Below, in pieces: positions 35,893 to 45,460 of a stretch of 64,000 nt of DNA; position 1 is the stretch's first letter, and each line of letters opens with the position of its first letter. The position numbers and the translations under genes were made by a program. The notes below the pieces were generated by a model. That model was not told the origin of the DNA, ran no database searches, and saw only the letters and a program-made list of their open reading frames with translations. The stretch is from contig CAZJAK010000001.1 in the NCBI GenBank assembly GCA_964543935.1, forward strand, positions 3,912-67,911, given 5' to 3'. Origin of the DNA: an uncultured Spirochaetaceae bacterium (GTDB lineage: Bacteria > Spirochaetota > Spirochaetia > Sphaerochaetales > Sphaerochaetaceae).

Positions 35893-37128
35893 CCGCACGA
35901 TTGTCTCGACGACCGTATCGATCCCGTTGCGGATGTCCTCGGCATCAAGCTCAATTTCCACATCGGGCATCAGCGAGCCATCTGGTGCGCCATCGGCATG
36001 GAAATATTTGGTCGAATACCCGACTTGGTGCAAGCTAGCCGGCAACGTGAAGCGTTTGACCTCGCCGTAATGACTGGCACTGCCTCCAGAGGGGGTGCCC
36101 GCGAGGGTGCAATCGGTCCGGGCTTTGAGATGCAATGCGTTGAGGATCGCCGATGAGAAGGTCGAGCTGCCGATCAGAGCGAACAGTTGAAAGCCGTAGG
36201 ACTTCTGGAGTCGGCCCAGCAACTTCACTGTTGGTTCGAACAGGCGTGAATCGCCCCCACCGTTGTAACGCAGGTCCACGATGACTTTTTGCGGATGCTT
36301 GGCCATGATGGCTTGCTCGATGTCGGCATTGAAGTCGTCCAGTGGGTAAGCGTTGTCCTCGGAGCACCGGTTGTATTGGATGAACACCACCGCAGATGTC
36401 CCCATGTCAACGATCCGGTAGAATTCGGTCCCCGGGGATGTCGGAGGACGATTGGTTTGCAAGTAGCTGTATTCCATCCCCGGTTCGGCAAGCGGGATGG
36501 TCACTTCAATCTCTTGGCCGTCGGTTGTGATGGTGAACAGGCAACTGCCAACTTGGTCGATGATCCGGCAGTGCCCAAGCGCAGAAGCGTTGCGCATCAG
36601 ACGGGCACACTGCTGCATCCGCCACACCTCGTTGTCCGCACTCACATATGATTCTAGGACGCGGGCGACATCCTCGATCGGTGTACCGTTGATGGCAGTC
36701 ACGCAACCTCCCACCAGATCAGCATAAGGTGAGGCAATGGCCGTGACAACATGACGTCCTCCGATTGGAGTGAGTTGGATAGCCAGATAGCGCATCGAGG
36801 AGGCCACCGCCGTAGAAGCAGTGACCGTGGTGTGCGAATCCCCCATCAAGGCGGCCAACCGACAGAGCGCAAAGTAAAAGGCGGTCTGGTCCAAATTGTC
36901 TGCTTGGCTGAACACCTCTGCGCACGCATCAGCGAACACATCGGCCTTGACGTTGGCCCACGGGTTTTTATGGCGGTCCGCCAACGTCGTGGCGAAGGTC
37001 TTCAAGTCGGATGCTTGCGAGAGCGCTAAAGAGCTCTCATTGAGAAACGGATGGTGCAACTGCGCACGAGCTGGACCGATTGCCCCGAACACGGCAACGG
37101 TGAGCAGCATCAACCTGAAAAGGAACAT
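35887..37128 (-). CDS. S41-family (tail-specific/C-terminal processing-like) peptidase, secreted
   Basis: VIVDLRYNGGGDS and GSSTFSSAIL are S41 catalytic-region motifs. The start is set at MFLFRLMLLTVAVFGAIGPARA (signal peptide, 37128). Confidence 0.72.
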   Translation of the reverse strand: MFLFRLMLLTVAVFGAIGPARAQLHHPFLNESSLALSQASDLKTFATTLADRHKNPWANVKADVFADACAEVFSQADNLDQTAFYFALCRLAALMGDSHTTVTASTAVASSMRYLAIQLTPIGGRHVVTAIASPYADLVGGCVTAINGTPIEDVARVLESYVSADNEVWRMQQCARLMRNASALGHCRIIDQVGSCLFTITTDGQEIEVTIPLAEPGMEYSYLQTNRPPTSPGTEFYRIVDMGTSAVVFIQYNRCSEDNAYPLDDFNADIEQAIMAKHPQKVIVDLRYNGGGDSRLFEPTVKLLGRLQKSYGFQLFALIGSSTFSSAILNALHLKARTDCTLAGTPSGGSASHYGEVKRFTLPASLHQVGYSTKYFHADGAPDGSLMPDVEIELDAEDIRNGIDTVVETIVRL

Positions 37129-37199
37129 GTCCCGATGATAACGCGTTGCGATTCGTGATGCAATCGGGGTGATTGTTGGCTGTCTGTCGATGTTCAATG

Positions 37200-37226
37200 T
37201 TGCCACTTTTTCCTTTTTGCTATAAA
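37200..37226 (+). promoter_or_regulatory. Candidate gltX promoter (TTGCCA, then 15 nt, then TGcTATAAA)
   Basis: TTGCCA at 37200-37205 and an extended -10, TGCTATAAA, ending at 37226. The ATG is at 37279. The spacer is shorter than optimal. Confidence 0.3.
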
Positions 37227-37278
37227 ACTGTAGCAGCCGGGCCATCAAGGCACCGGGCAGTCAGGAGGAAGCCTTTCC

Positions 37279-38760
37279 ATGGATGTTCGGGTCCGCTATG
37301 CCCCGTCACCGACGGGATTGCAACACATCGGCGGCGTCAGGACGGCGCTGTTCAACTATTTCTTTGCCAAAAGTCAAGGCGGCACCTTCATCCTGCGGGT
37401 CGAAGACACCGATCAGGGACGTTCCACCGACGAAGCATTGCAGGACCTCTACGACACGCTGCAATGGTTGGGTGTCAAGTGGGACGAGGGTCCCATCGTG
37501 GGCGGCCCCTATGGTCCGTACATCCAAAGCGAGCGCTTCGCAATCTACCAGGAATATGCCCGGCAGTTGGTCGAGTCGGGCAAGGCCTATCCGTGTTACT
37601 GTTCGGAGGAGCGCTTGGAACAGGTCCGACAGCAACAGGTTGCCGCCAAAGCCCAGGAGCAGGGCTACGACCGCCACTGCCGCAACCTCGACGCCGACCA
37701 AAAGGCCGCCTATGAGCGACAAGGCCTCAGGCCGGTCATTCGGTTGAAGGTTCCCCTCGAGGGGAGCACGACCTTCCACGATGTGCTGATGGGTGACATC
37801 ACCCGCAAGAACCGCGATGTCAATCCCGATCCGGTATTGCTCAAGTCGGACGGATTCCCTACCTATCACTTGGCCAACGTCATCGACGATCATCTGATGG
37901 GCATCACCCATATCATGCGGGCTCAGGAATGGATTCCTTCGGGACCGTTGCACATCCTGCTGTACGAAGCGTTCGGCTGGAAAGCCCCGCTGTACTGCCA
38001 TTGGCCCAGGGTGATGGGCAAGGACGGCCAGAAACTCTCCAAGCGGCACGGATCGACTTCGGTGCGTGAATTCAAGGAGAAGGGCTACTTGCCCGAAGCC
38101 CTCATGAATTATGTGAGCATGGTCGGGTGGTCTTACGACGGGGTCAAGGAGTTCTTCAGCAAGGAGGAACTCGAACGGCTGTTCGTGTTGGAGAAGATCA
38201 ACAAAGCTCCCGGAGTGTTCGACTACAAGAAGCTGGATTGGTACAACGGGATGTACATCAGGGCAAAGAGCGATGCCGAGTTGGTTGCGTTGATCACGCC
38301 CTACTTGGTGCGGTCCTCGTTGGTGGCCGACCCGCCGACGGAGGCCCAACATGCCACGATTCTTGCTTTGGTGCCGGTCGTGAAAGAACGCCTCAAGGTC
38401 CTATCCGACGTGGTCGACATGACCCGCTTCGTCTTTGCCGACATTCCCGCTCCGTCGGTCGAGGAATTGTTGCCCAAGAACCAAGATGTCGCGACGACTC
38501 TGGCGGCATTGCAAAAGGCGGTAGCGGTTATCTCGGACATGGGCCGGCGCAGCGACGAGGAACTCGAACAGGAGATGGCTTCGATCGCCCAATCGATGGG
38601 GATCAAGATCAACGGGATTTTCATGCCGGTGCGCATGGCTGTCACCGGCAGCACGGTGAGCCCTCCTCTGTTCGATTCAATCAGATTGTTGGGTTTTGAG
38701 CACGCAATGGTCCGCCTAGAACGGGCGGTAGCGATACTTACGCGAGAAATGGGGAAGTGA
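37279..38760 (+). CDS. gltX: Glutamate--tRNA ligase
   Basis: RYAPSPTGLQHIGGVRTALFNY (HIGH) and KLSKRHG (KMSKS). Confidence 0.95.
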   Translation: MDVRVRYAPSPTGLQHIGGVRTALFNYFFAKSQGGTFILRVEDTDQGRSTDEALQDLYDTLQWLGVKWDEGPIVGGPYGPYIQSERFAIYQEYARQLVESGKAYPCYCSEERLEQVRQQQVAAKAQEQGYDRHCRNLDADQKAAYERQGLRPVIRLKVPLEGSTTFHDVLMGDITRKNRDVNPDPVLLKSDGFPTYHLANVIDDHLMGITHIMRAQEWIPSGPLHILLYEAFGWKAPLYCHWPRVMGKDGQKLSKRHGSTSVREFKEKGYLPEALMNYVSMVGWSYDGVKEFFSKEELERLFVLEKINKAPGVFDYKKLDWYNGMYIRAKSDAELVALITPYLVRSSLVADPPTEAQHATILALVPVVKERLKVLSDVVDMTRFVFADIPAPSVEELLPKNQDVATTLAALQKAVAVISDMGRRSDEELEQEMASIAQSMGIKINGIFMPVRMAVTGSTVSPPLFDSIRLLGFEHAMVRLERAVAILTREMGK

Positions 38761-38777
38761 ACATGGGTGAAGTTACG

Positions 38778-40088
38778 ATGGACAAGCTGGTCTCTTTGTG
38801 CAAGCGGCGCGGTTTCATTTATCAGTCGAGCGAAATTTATGGTGGGCTCACCGGCGCTTACGACTACGGCCCGCTTGGTGTGCAATTGAAAAACAACATC
38901 CGTGATTTCTGGTGGAAGGAGATGACCCAGCTTCACGACGACATCGTCGGCCTGGACGCCTCCATCCTCATGCATCCGCGTGTCTGGGAGGCCTCCGGCC
39001 ATGTCTCGAACTTCACCGATCCGATGGTGGACTGCAAGCAATGCAAGAGCCGCTTCAGGGCCGACCAAATCGACCTCAACGGGGCCTGTCCGACGTGCGG
39101 GACCAAAGGATCGTTCACCGAGCCGCGCAACTTCAACTTGATGTTCGCCACCCATATCGGCCCGGTCCACGACGACGCCTCGATCGTGTACTTGCGTCCT
39201 GAGACTGCTCAAGGCATCTATGTCGATTTCAAGAACATCGTGCAAAGCAGCCGGGTGAAGGTCCCCTTCGGTATCGCCCAAGTCGGCAAGAGCTTCCGCA
39301 ACGAGATCACCACCAAGAATTTCATCTTCCGCTCGTGCGAGTTCGAGCAGATGGAGATGCAATTCTTCTGCAAACCGGGTACGGACGAGCAGTGGTTCCC
39401 GTATTGGCGCCAGCAGCGCATGGCCTTTTATCACAAAATGGGCATCAAGCCCGATTCGTTGCGCTGGCACCAGCACGGTCCGGATGAGTTGGCCTTCTAT
39501 GCCAAGGACGCCTACGACATTCAATTCTTGTTCCCGATGGGTTGGCAAGAGCTTGAGGGTGTGCACAGCAGGACCGATTACGATTTGTCGCAGCACCAGA
39601 AATTCAGCGGCAAAGACATGACCTACCTCGACCAAGAAAGCGGCGAGCGCTACATCCCCTATGTGGTGGAAACCTCGGCTGGCTTGACCCGCAACGTCCT
39701 GATGGCCCTATCCGACGGTTACGAGGAGCAACAACTCCCCGATGGCGATGTGCGGACCGTCCTGCATTTCCATCCGGCCATCGCTCCGGTGACCGTGGCG
39801 GTTCTACCGTTGGTCAAAAAGGACGGGCTCGGGGAATTCGCTGAAAAACTCGAACATGACTTGCGTGAGGATTTCACCACCTTCTTCGATCTCAGCGGGG
39901 CCATCGGGCGTCGTTACCGCCGGATGGACGAGATCGGTACCCCGTATTGCGTGACAGTCGATTACCAGACCTTGCAGGACAACACCGTGACCTTGCGCTT
40001 GAGGGATTCCATGGAACAGCTGAGGGTGTCGATCGATGCATTGCCATCCGAGATCCGCAAGCAGACCAAGCAGTACAAACGGGTGTAG
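38778..40088 (+). CDS. glyQS: Glycine--tRNA ligase (dimeric GlyQS type)
   Basis: MDKLVSLCKRRGFIYQSSEIYGGLTGAYDYGPLG is a canonical N-terminus, and class II motifs are present. Alternative starts are at 38757 (GTG, overlapping the gltX stop) and 38763. Confidence 0.9.
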   Translation: MDKLVSLCKRRGFIYQSSEIYGGLTGAYDYGPLGVQLKNNIRDFWWKEMTQLHDDIVGLDASILMHPRVWEASGHVSNFTDPMVDCKQCKSRFRADQIDLNGACPTCGTKGSFTEPRNFNLMFATHIGPVHDDASIVYLRPETAQGIYVDFKNIVQSSRVKVPFGIAQVGKSFRNEITTKNFIFRSCEFEQMEMQFFCKPGTDEQWFPYWRQQRMAFYHKMGIKPDSLRWHQHGPDELAFYAKDAYDIQFLFPMGWQELEGVHSRTDYDLSQHQKFSGKDMTYLDQESGERYIPYVVETSAGLTRNVLMALSDGYEEQQLPDGDVRTVLHFHPAIAPVTVAVLPLVKKDGLGEFAEKLEHDLREDFTTFFDLSGAIGRRYRRMDEIGTPYCVTVDYQTLQDNTVTLRLRDSMEQLRVSIDALPSEIRKQTKQYKRV

Positions 40089-40094
40089 GAGAAG

Positions 40095-41348
40095 ATGATG
40101 AACAAAGGTTTACAGGTCCTCATGGACCGAGGATTTGTCCGCCAATGCACCGATCTGGAGGGTTTGTCCGACTTGATGGACAAGCAACCGGTCAAGTTCT
40201 ACCTGGGAGTCGATCCGACCGGCCGCAGCATCCATATCGGCCATATGGTGCCCTTCTTCGCCATGCACCACCTCCAGGAAGCGGGGCACTGCCCGGTGGC
40301 TTTGGTCGGGGACGGCACCGCCATGATTGGCGACCCGTCGGGCAAGACCGAGATGCGCAAGATGCTTTCGATCGAGGAGATCCGGGCCAACAGCGCAGCC
40401 CTGAAGGACCAGTTGGGCACCGTCGTCGATTTCAGTGATAATCCCGATGGCGGCAAGGGCAGGGCCATCATGCTCAACAACTACAGTTGGTTGGGGCAGT
40501 TGAACTATATCGAGTTCCTGCGCGACATCGGCAAGCACTTCTCGGTCAACAGGATGCTGACCTTTGAATCCTACAAGCAGCGTTTGGAACGGGGCTTGTC
40601 GTTCATCGAATTCAATTATCAGCTGCTGCAATCGTTCGATTACCTGACTCTCTACCGCAACGAGGCTTGCCGCTTGCAAATTGGCGGAGATGACCAATGG
40701 GGCAACATCGTGGCCGGGATAGAATTGATCCGCAAACTCGAAGGAGCGGAATGTTATGGGTTGACCTTCAACCTCATCACTCGTTCCGACGGACAAAAAA
40801 TGGGCAAGAGCGAGAAGGGGGCGGTGTTCCTCGACCCCACTCTGTTCAGCCCGTACGATTTCTTCCAATATTGGCGCAACGTGAACGATGACGACGTCAT
40901 CAAGTTCATGAAGCTGTTCACGTTCCTCCCGTTGGATGAAATCGAGTCTTACGCAAGACCCGCTGTCAACATCAACGATGCCAAAGAACGCCTTGCCTAC
41001 GAGCAGACCAAGATCATCCATGGCCAAGAAGAGGCCGAAAAAGCCCGCCGTGCAGCAAAGGCGTTGTTCTCGGCAGCCTCTCCAGCAGCCGACAGCGAGG
41101 GGATCCCATCGATTGAACTGGATGCAGAGCGGCTTAAAGCGGGTATCGGCGTCCTGGAGTTATATGCCATGACCGATCTGTGCAAGACCAATTCCGATGC
41201 CCGGAGGTTGATTGAGCAGGGTGGGGCTTCGATCAATGAACAAAAAGTCACCGATTCGAAACAAATGGTCGACCTTGAGTGGGTCAAGGACGGGCATTTA
41301 TTGCTGAAAGCGGGCAAGAAGCGTTACTTCAAGATATCGGTGCGCTGA
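40095..41348 (+). CDS. tyrS: Tyrosine--tRNA ligase
   Basis: GVDPTGRSIHIGHMVP (HIGH), QKMGKSEKG (KMSKS) and a C-terminal S4-like domain. It starts 6 nt after the glyQS stop. Confidence 0.95.
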   Translation: MMNKGLQVLMDRGFVRQCTDLEGLSDLMDKQPVKFYLGVDPTGRSIHIGHMVPFFAMHHLQEAGHCPVALVGDGTAMIGDPSGKTEMRKMLSIEEIRANSAALKDQLGTVVDFSDNPDGGKGRAIMLNNYSWLGQLNYIEFLRDIGKHFSVNRMLTFESYKQRLERGLSFIEFNYQLLQSFDYLTLYRNEACRLQIGGDDQWGNIVAGIELIRKLEGAECYGLTFNLITRSDGQKMGKSEKGAVFLDPTLFSPYDFFQYWRNVNDDDVIKFMKLFTFLPLDEIESYARPAVNINDAKERLAYEQTKIIHGQEEAEKARRAAKALFSAASPAADSEGIPSIELDAERLKAGIGVLELYAMTDLCKTNSDARRLIEQGGASINEQKVTDSKQMVDLEWVKDGHLLLKAGKKRYFKISVR

Positions 41349-41397
41349 AGCAGGGTGAGCCGGCCACCCTGAAAACCGCCGGTCCAAGGGGTGTGCG

Positions 41398-42393
41398 ATG
41401 AAAGGGAAACGTTCTTTATTCAGGACGGCACTCACTGTTTTGTGCCTGTGTCTGTCGGCTGTCGGCCCGTTGTTGGCGAAGGGGGCTTCCGAACTGGTCC
41501 CCGCCACCACGGTGAGGATGGCGGTGATGCAAGGTCCCTCCGGTTTCGCCAGCATCGGGTTGGAACGCAACGACGGTTGGATCACAGATGCCATCAGGGT
41601 TGACGTGGCCGTGTATCCATCACCGACGGAGGTGATTGCACGTTTGACCAACGGGGAGCTCGACATCGCCGCCTTGCCGACCAATGTGGCTGCCAACCTG
41701 TACAACAAAGGAGTCCCGATCAAAGTAGCGGCGACCTTGGGCGAAGGGATGCTGGCTTTGGTAGGCATCGAGCAGGGGCTGAAGACCATCGAGGATCTGG
41801 CTGGAAAGACGATCAACATCCCCGGAGCGGGCAGCACCCCCGACCAAATGACCCGATTGCTCATTCAGGCATTGGGTTATGATGCATCGGTCGATGTGAC
41901 GCTCGATTACAGTGTGGCGGCACCCGCCCAACTCGCCCAGATGCTCGTTGCAGGAAAAGCCGCTCTGGCTGTCCTGCCCGAACCCTTCGTCTCGATGGTG
42001 TTATCTGCCAATAAGAACATCAAAGTCATGCTCGATGTCCAGCATTTGTGGACGTTGCTCACGGGTGTCGACAATTACCCGATGACCGTCTTGGTCGTCT
42101 CCAACTCGTTCAGGCAGAACCAGCCTGAACAATTGAAGGCCGTGTTGGATTCTTTGCGCGACAGTGTCGCCTGGATCTTGGCCAATCCGGTGGAAGCGGG
42201 GGCTTTGATCGAACAGAAAAGCATCATGAAAGCGGCTTTGGCCATCCCGGCCATCCCCAATTGCAACCTTGTCTACCGACCGGTCAAGGAGGGCAAGGCT
42301 GCTGTGCACGATTACCTGATGAACCTGTATTGGTTCGAATCGCAATCAATCGGTGGAGCGATTCCAGATGCGGCGTTCTACATGGACAACTAA
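41398..42393 (+). CDS. ABC transporter substrate-binding protein (NMT1/THI5, nitrate/sulfonate/taurine class)
   Basis: Signal peptide plus an SsuA/NMT1-like pattern. It is followed by a matching permease and ATPase. Confidence 0.78.
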   Translation: MKGKRSLFRTALTVLCLCLSAVGPLLAKGASELVPATTVRMAVMQGPSGFASIGLERNDGWITDAIRVDVAVYPSPTEVIARLTNGELDIAALPTNVAANLYNKGVPIKVAATLGEGMLALVGIEQGLKTIEDLAGKTINIPGAGSTPDQMTRLLIQALGYDASVDVTLDYSVAAPAQLAQMLVAGKAALAVLPEPFVSMVLSANKNIKVMLDVQHLWTLLTGVDNYPMTVLVVSNSFRQNQPEQLKAVLDSLRDSVAWILANPVEAGALIEQKSIMKAALAIPAIPNCNLVYRPVKEGKAAVHDYLMNLYWFESQSIGGAIPDAAFYMDN

Positions 42394-43165
42394 GATAGTC
42401 CTAGCCTTATCGATCATCTTGTTGCTCGTCGCTTGGCATGTCGGATCGGTGTTGCTAGCTGCCCCGGTGATTTTACCGGCCCCACTCGAGGTCGGTTCAG
42501 CATTCTTCAGGATTGTCACCTCGTCGCCATTTTCGTTGAACATCGCCGCTACCGTCGTGCGGGCGCTGGAGAGTTTTGTCATCATCGTCTTTGTCGGTAC
42601 ATTGTTGGGCATCGCGGCTGGTTACTCGGTTCATGTGCAGGTTTTCTTACAGCCTTTTCTCGCTCTCTGCAAAGCCACGCCGGTCATGTCGGTCATCCTG
42701 TTGGCCTTCATCTGGTTCTCAAGCGGGACAGTCCCGTTGTTTTCCGCTTTCCTGATGGGTTTTCCGGTCATGTTCATCCAAGTGGAATCTGGGGTGGGCC
42801 GGATTTCCAAGAAATTGGTCGAGATGGCCCGCATGTATGGCTTGGGGCCGATCGACCGGATACGGCATCTGGTGTTGCCGGCACTGGCACCCTCCATCGC
42901 TACCGGAGCGAAATCGTCGCTTTCAATGGTGTGGAAGGTGGTCATCGCCGCAGAAGTGCTCACCGTCCCGCGCCATGGGGTGGGTTCACGCCTTCAGCTG
43001 TCGCAAATCAACTTGGAAACCGCCGATGTGCTTGGTTGGACATTGGTGGCCATCGGTTTGACCGTCTTGGGCGACTTGCTCTTCGATGCGGCTCTCAAAC
43101 TGCCCGGGCGGATTGTTGAGCGCAAACACAGGAAACTGGCCGGTTTCCCACAGGAGTCGCCATGA
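42353..43165 (+). CDS. ABC transporter permease (nitrate/sulfonate/taurine class)
   Basis: 270 aa with 6 TM helices and an EAA-like loop (MARMYGLGPIDRIRHLVLP). Coordinates are taken from the ORF track. An alternative ATG lies 5 codons in. Confidence 0.8.
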   Translation: MERFQMRRSTWTTKIVLALSIILLLVAWHVGSVLLAAPVILPAPLEVGSAFFRIVTSSPFSLNIAATVVRALESFVIIVFVGTLLGIAAGYSVHVQVFLQPFLALCKATPVMSVILLAFIWFSSGTVPLFSAFLMGFPVMFIQVESGVGRISKKLVEMARMYGLGPIDRIRHLVLPALAPSIATGAKSSLSMVWKVVIAAEVLTVPRHGVGSRLQLSQINLETADVLGWTLVAIGLTVLGDLLFDAALKLPGRIVERKHRKLAGFPQESP

Positions 43166-43893
43166 AAATAGAACGGTTGTCAAAATCGTTCCAGCGCTCC
43201 AGCGGGACGTTGGAGGTGCTCGACAACGTCGATTTTGAAGCTCCTGTCGGCGGCATCACTGTTTTGATGGGTCCTTCTGGATGCGGCAAGACGACGCTAT
43301 TGCGGATTGCCGGAACATTGGAAAGCCCCGATGAGGGAAGGGTCGTCCTTGACCCGCACGAACAAGGTCCTATCGCCTATCTGTTTCAGGAACCGCGTTT
43401 GTTGCCTTGGAAGAGTGTGTTTTCCAATGTGGAGGTGGTGTTGCGTTCCACCATGCCGGACAGCGCCGAGCGCCGTGAACGGGTCATGCATGTCCTGCGG
43501 ATGGTGGATTTAGAGCGGTTCGCCCGCTTCAAGCCCGATGAACTTTCGGGCGGCATGCGCCAGCGGGTCGCCATAGCAAGGGCCTTCGCCTATCCTGCCC
43601 GCCTGATGTTGCTCGATGAACCGTTTCAGGGTTTGGATCATCCGTTGCGCTTTGCCTTGTTGCACTCGTTCTTGACGATGTGGTCGCACGAGCGGCGCAC
43701 GGTCTTGTTCGTGACGCATGAGGCGACCGAGGCTGTCCTGGCAGCCGACCGCATCGTCATGCTCGGGCCCTTGCCAGCCGCTGTGGTCGACACCTATGTA
43801 GTCTCGGGTGAACAATTGGCACGACGGTTGGACGATCCGGCCATGCTGGAACTGCAAGGCCGGATCTACCATACTGTCGAGCATCACACATAA
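43162..43893 (+). CDS. ABC transporter ATP-binding protein (nitrate/sulfonate/taurine class)
   Basis: Walker A GPSGCGKTT, signature LSGGMRQR and Walker B LMLLDEPFQGLD. ATGA overlap with the permease gene. Confidence 0.9.
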   Translation: MKIERLSKSFQRSSGTLEVLDNVDFEAPVGGITVLMGPSGCGKTTLLRIAGTLESPDEGRVVLDPHEQGPIAYLFQEPRLLPWKSVFSNVEVVLRSTMPDSAERRERVMHVLRMVDLERFARFKPDELSGGMRQRVAIARAFAYPARLMLLDEPFQGLDHPLRFALLHSFLTMWSHERRTVLFVTHEATEAVLAADRIVMLGPLPAAVVDTYVVSGEQLARRLDDPAMLELQGRIYHTVEHHT

Positions 43894-45242
43894 CCTTGGT
43901 CGACCATCGCGTTGGCGACCTTGAGGAAACCGGCAATGTTGGCTCCGTCCACCAAGTTGCCTTTTGTGCTATAGCGTTCTGCCGCTTGGCTGGCCGATGT
44001 ATGGATCCCCTTCATGATTTTCTGCAATTGTAGGTCGACTGCTTCGGCGGTCCATTGGATGCGCGAACTATTCTGAGCCATCTCGAGGCCACTGACCGCC
44101 ACACCGCCGGCATTGGCAGCTTTGGCCGGGGCGAATTTTACACCGTTGTCTTGCAATACCCGCACTGCTTCGGTTGTGGTTGGCATGTTGGCCCCTTCGG
44201 CTACCAGCTTCACCCCATTGGCCACCAGGTGGCGGGCGTCAAGCTCGTTGATCTCGTTCTGGGTTGCGCAGGGGAAGGCACAGTCGGCAGGAAAATCCCA
44301 GACTTGGTTCGACTTGACCTCATTACGGGGGAAGTAGGTGCTCGAGCGGTAATGCTCGGCATACTGTGCAATCCTGCCGCGGGCGATGTTCTTGAGGGTT
44401 TTCACATAGGCCAGCTTGGTTGCATCGATTCCTTCGGGATCGTAGATGCATCCCGAGGAGTCGGAGAGCGTGATCACTTTGGCTCCCATCGCATTCAATT
44501 TTTCTACCGTGTACTGGGCGACATTGCCACTGCCCGACACCAGGCAGGATTTGCCTTGGAAGGTTTGACCTGACTCCTGCAACATGGCGGCGGCAAAATA
44601 GACTAAGCCGTAACCAGTCGCCTCGGGTCGGATGTAGGAACCGCCCCAAGCCGGTCCCTTACCGGTCAACACACCGGTGAACCGGTTCTGAAGGCGTTTG
44701 AATTGCCCGAACAAGAAGCCGATCTCGCGTGCGCCGACCCCGATGTCCCCAGCCGGCACGTCGGTGTCTTCTCCGATATGGCGGGACAACTCGGTCATGA
44801 ACGATTGGCAGAAGGCCATCACCTCGGTATCGCTTTTCCCTTTGGGATCGAAATCGGAGCCTCCTTTGGCTCCTCCCATCTGCAATCCGGTCAGACTGTT
44901 TTTCAAAACCTGTTCGAACGCAAGGAACTTCATGATGCTCAAGTTCACGGAGGGGTGCAGGCGCAAGCCGCCCTTGTAGGGGCCGAGGGCACTGTTCATC
45001 TGGACCCTGAAGCCACGGTTCACGTGCAGTTCGCCTTGATCGTCCACCCAAGGGACGCGGAACATGACGACCCGCTCCGGTTCCACCATCCGATCGAGAA
45101 TCCTGTGGTGGATGATGTGGGGCAGGTCAAAGATGATCTTGTCTATCGAAGACAAGAACTCACCGACTGCTTGATGGAATTCGGCCTGGTCTGGATCGAT
45201 CCGTTGGATTTTTGCGAACAATTCGGATGTGGTCTCGTGCAT
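43884..45242 (-). CDS. gdhA: NADP-specific glutamate dehydrogenase
   Basis: 452 aa. GGAKGGSDFDPKGKS is the GDH active-site signature, and a GSGNVAQY dinucleotide-binding motif is present. Confidence 0.95.
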   Translation of the reverse strand: MHETTSELFAKIQRIDPDQAEFHQAVGEFLSSIDKIIFDLPHIIHHRILDRMVEPERVVMFRVPWVDDQGELHVNRGFRVQMNSALGPYKGGLRLHPSVNLSIMKFLAFEQVLKNSLTGLQMGGAKGGSDFDPKGKSDTEVMAFCQSFMTELSRHIGEDTDVPAGDIGVGAREIGFLFGQFKRLQNRFTGVLTGKGPAWGGSYIRPEATGYGLVYFAAAMLQESGQTFQGKSCLVSGSGNVAQYTVEKLNAMGAKVITLSDSSGCIYDPEGIDATKLAYVKTLKNIARGRIAQYAEHYRSSTYFPRNEVKSNQVWDFPADCAFPCATQNEINELDARHLVANGVKLVAEGANMPTTTEAVRVLQDNGVKFAPAKAANAGGVAVSGLEMAQNSSRIQWTAEAVDLQLQKIMKGIHTSASQAAERYSTKGNLVDGANIAGFLKVANAMVDQGYV

Positions 45243-45379
45243 GGAATCCTCCTGCTTTGACTGGCGACTATATCAGTCAATTCCAGCTTGGTAAAGTGGG
45301 GTGGCTGAAGAAATCCCTAGGTGAATGGATGGCTTCACTGCGTTAAAATCGATCAAAAAATAGCATTAATTGAGGTTCA

Positions 45380-45452
45380 CATCAATTATTATTAGGTTAA
45401 ATTGATGTATTAATCAATGTATAAATATACAAAAAATATTCAATTTATTGAT
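45380..45452. promoter_or_regulatory. AT-rich array of ATTGAT/ATCAAT half-sites upstream of gdhA (candidate multi-site operator)
   Basis: CATCAATT (45380-87) and AATTGATG (45400-07) are 8-bp complements. ATTGAT (45401-06) and ATCAAT (45413-18) form a second pair. TCAAT (45440-44) and ATTGA (45447-51) form a third. Confidence 0.5.
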
Positions 45453-45460
45453 TATACAGG

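Noticed and set aside
37306-39635. Two long minus-strand ORFs (348 and 444 aa)
   Set aside because: They are antisense to gltX and glyQS. They have no motifs, and the sense frames are canonical synthetases.
41349-41397. Stem CAGGGTG/CACCCTG after tyrS as an intrinsic terminator
   Set aside because: The 7-bp stem is followed by AAAACC rather than a U-tract. It may still be a processing or Rho-related element, but I cannot support a terminator call.
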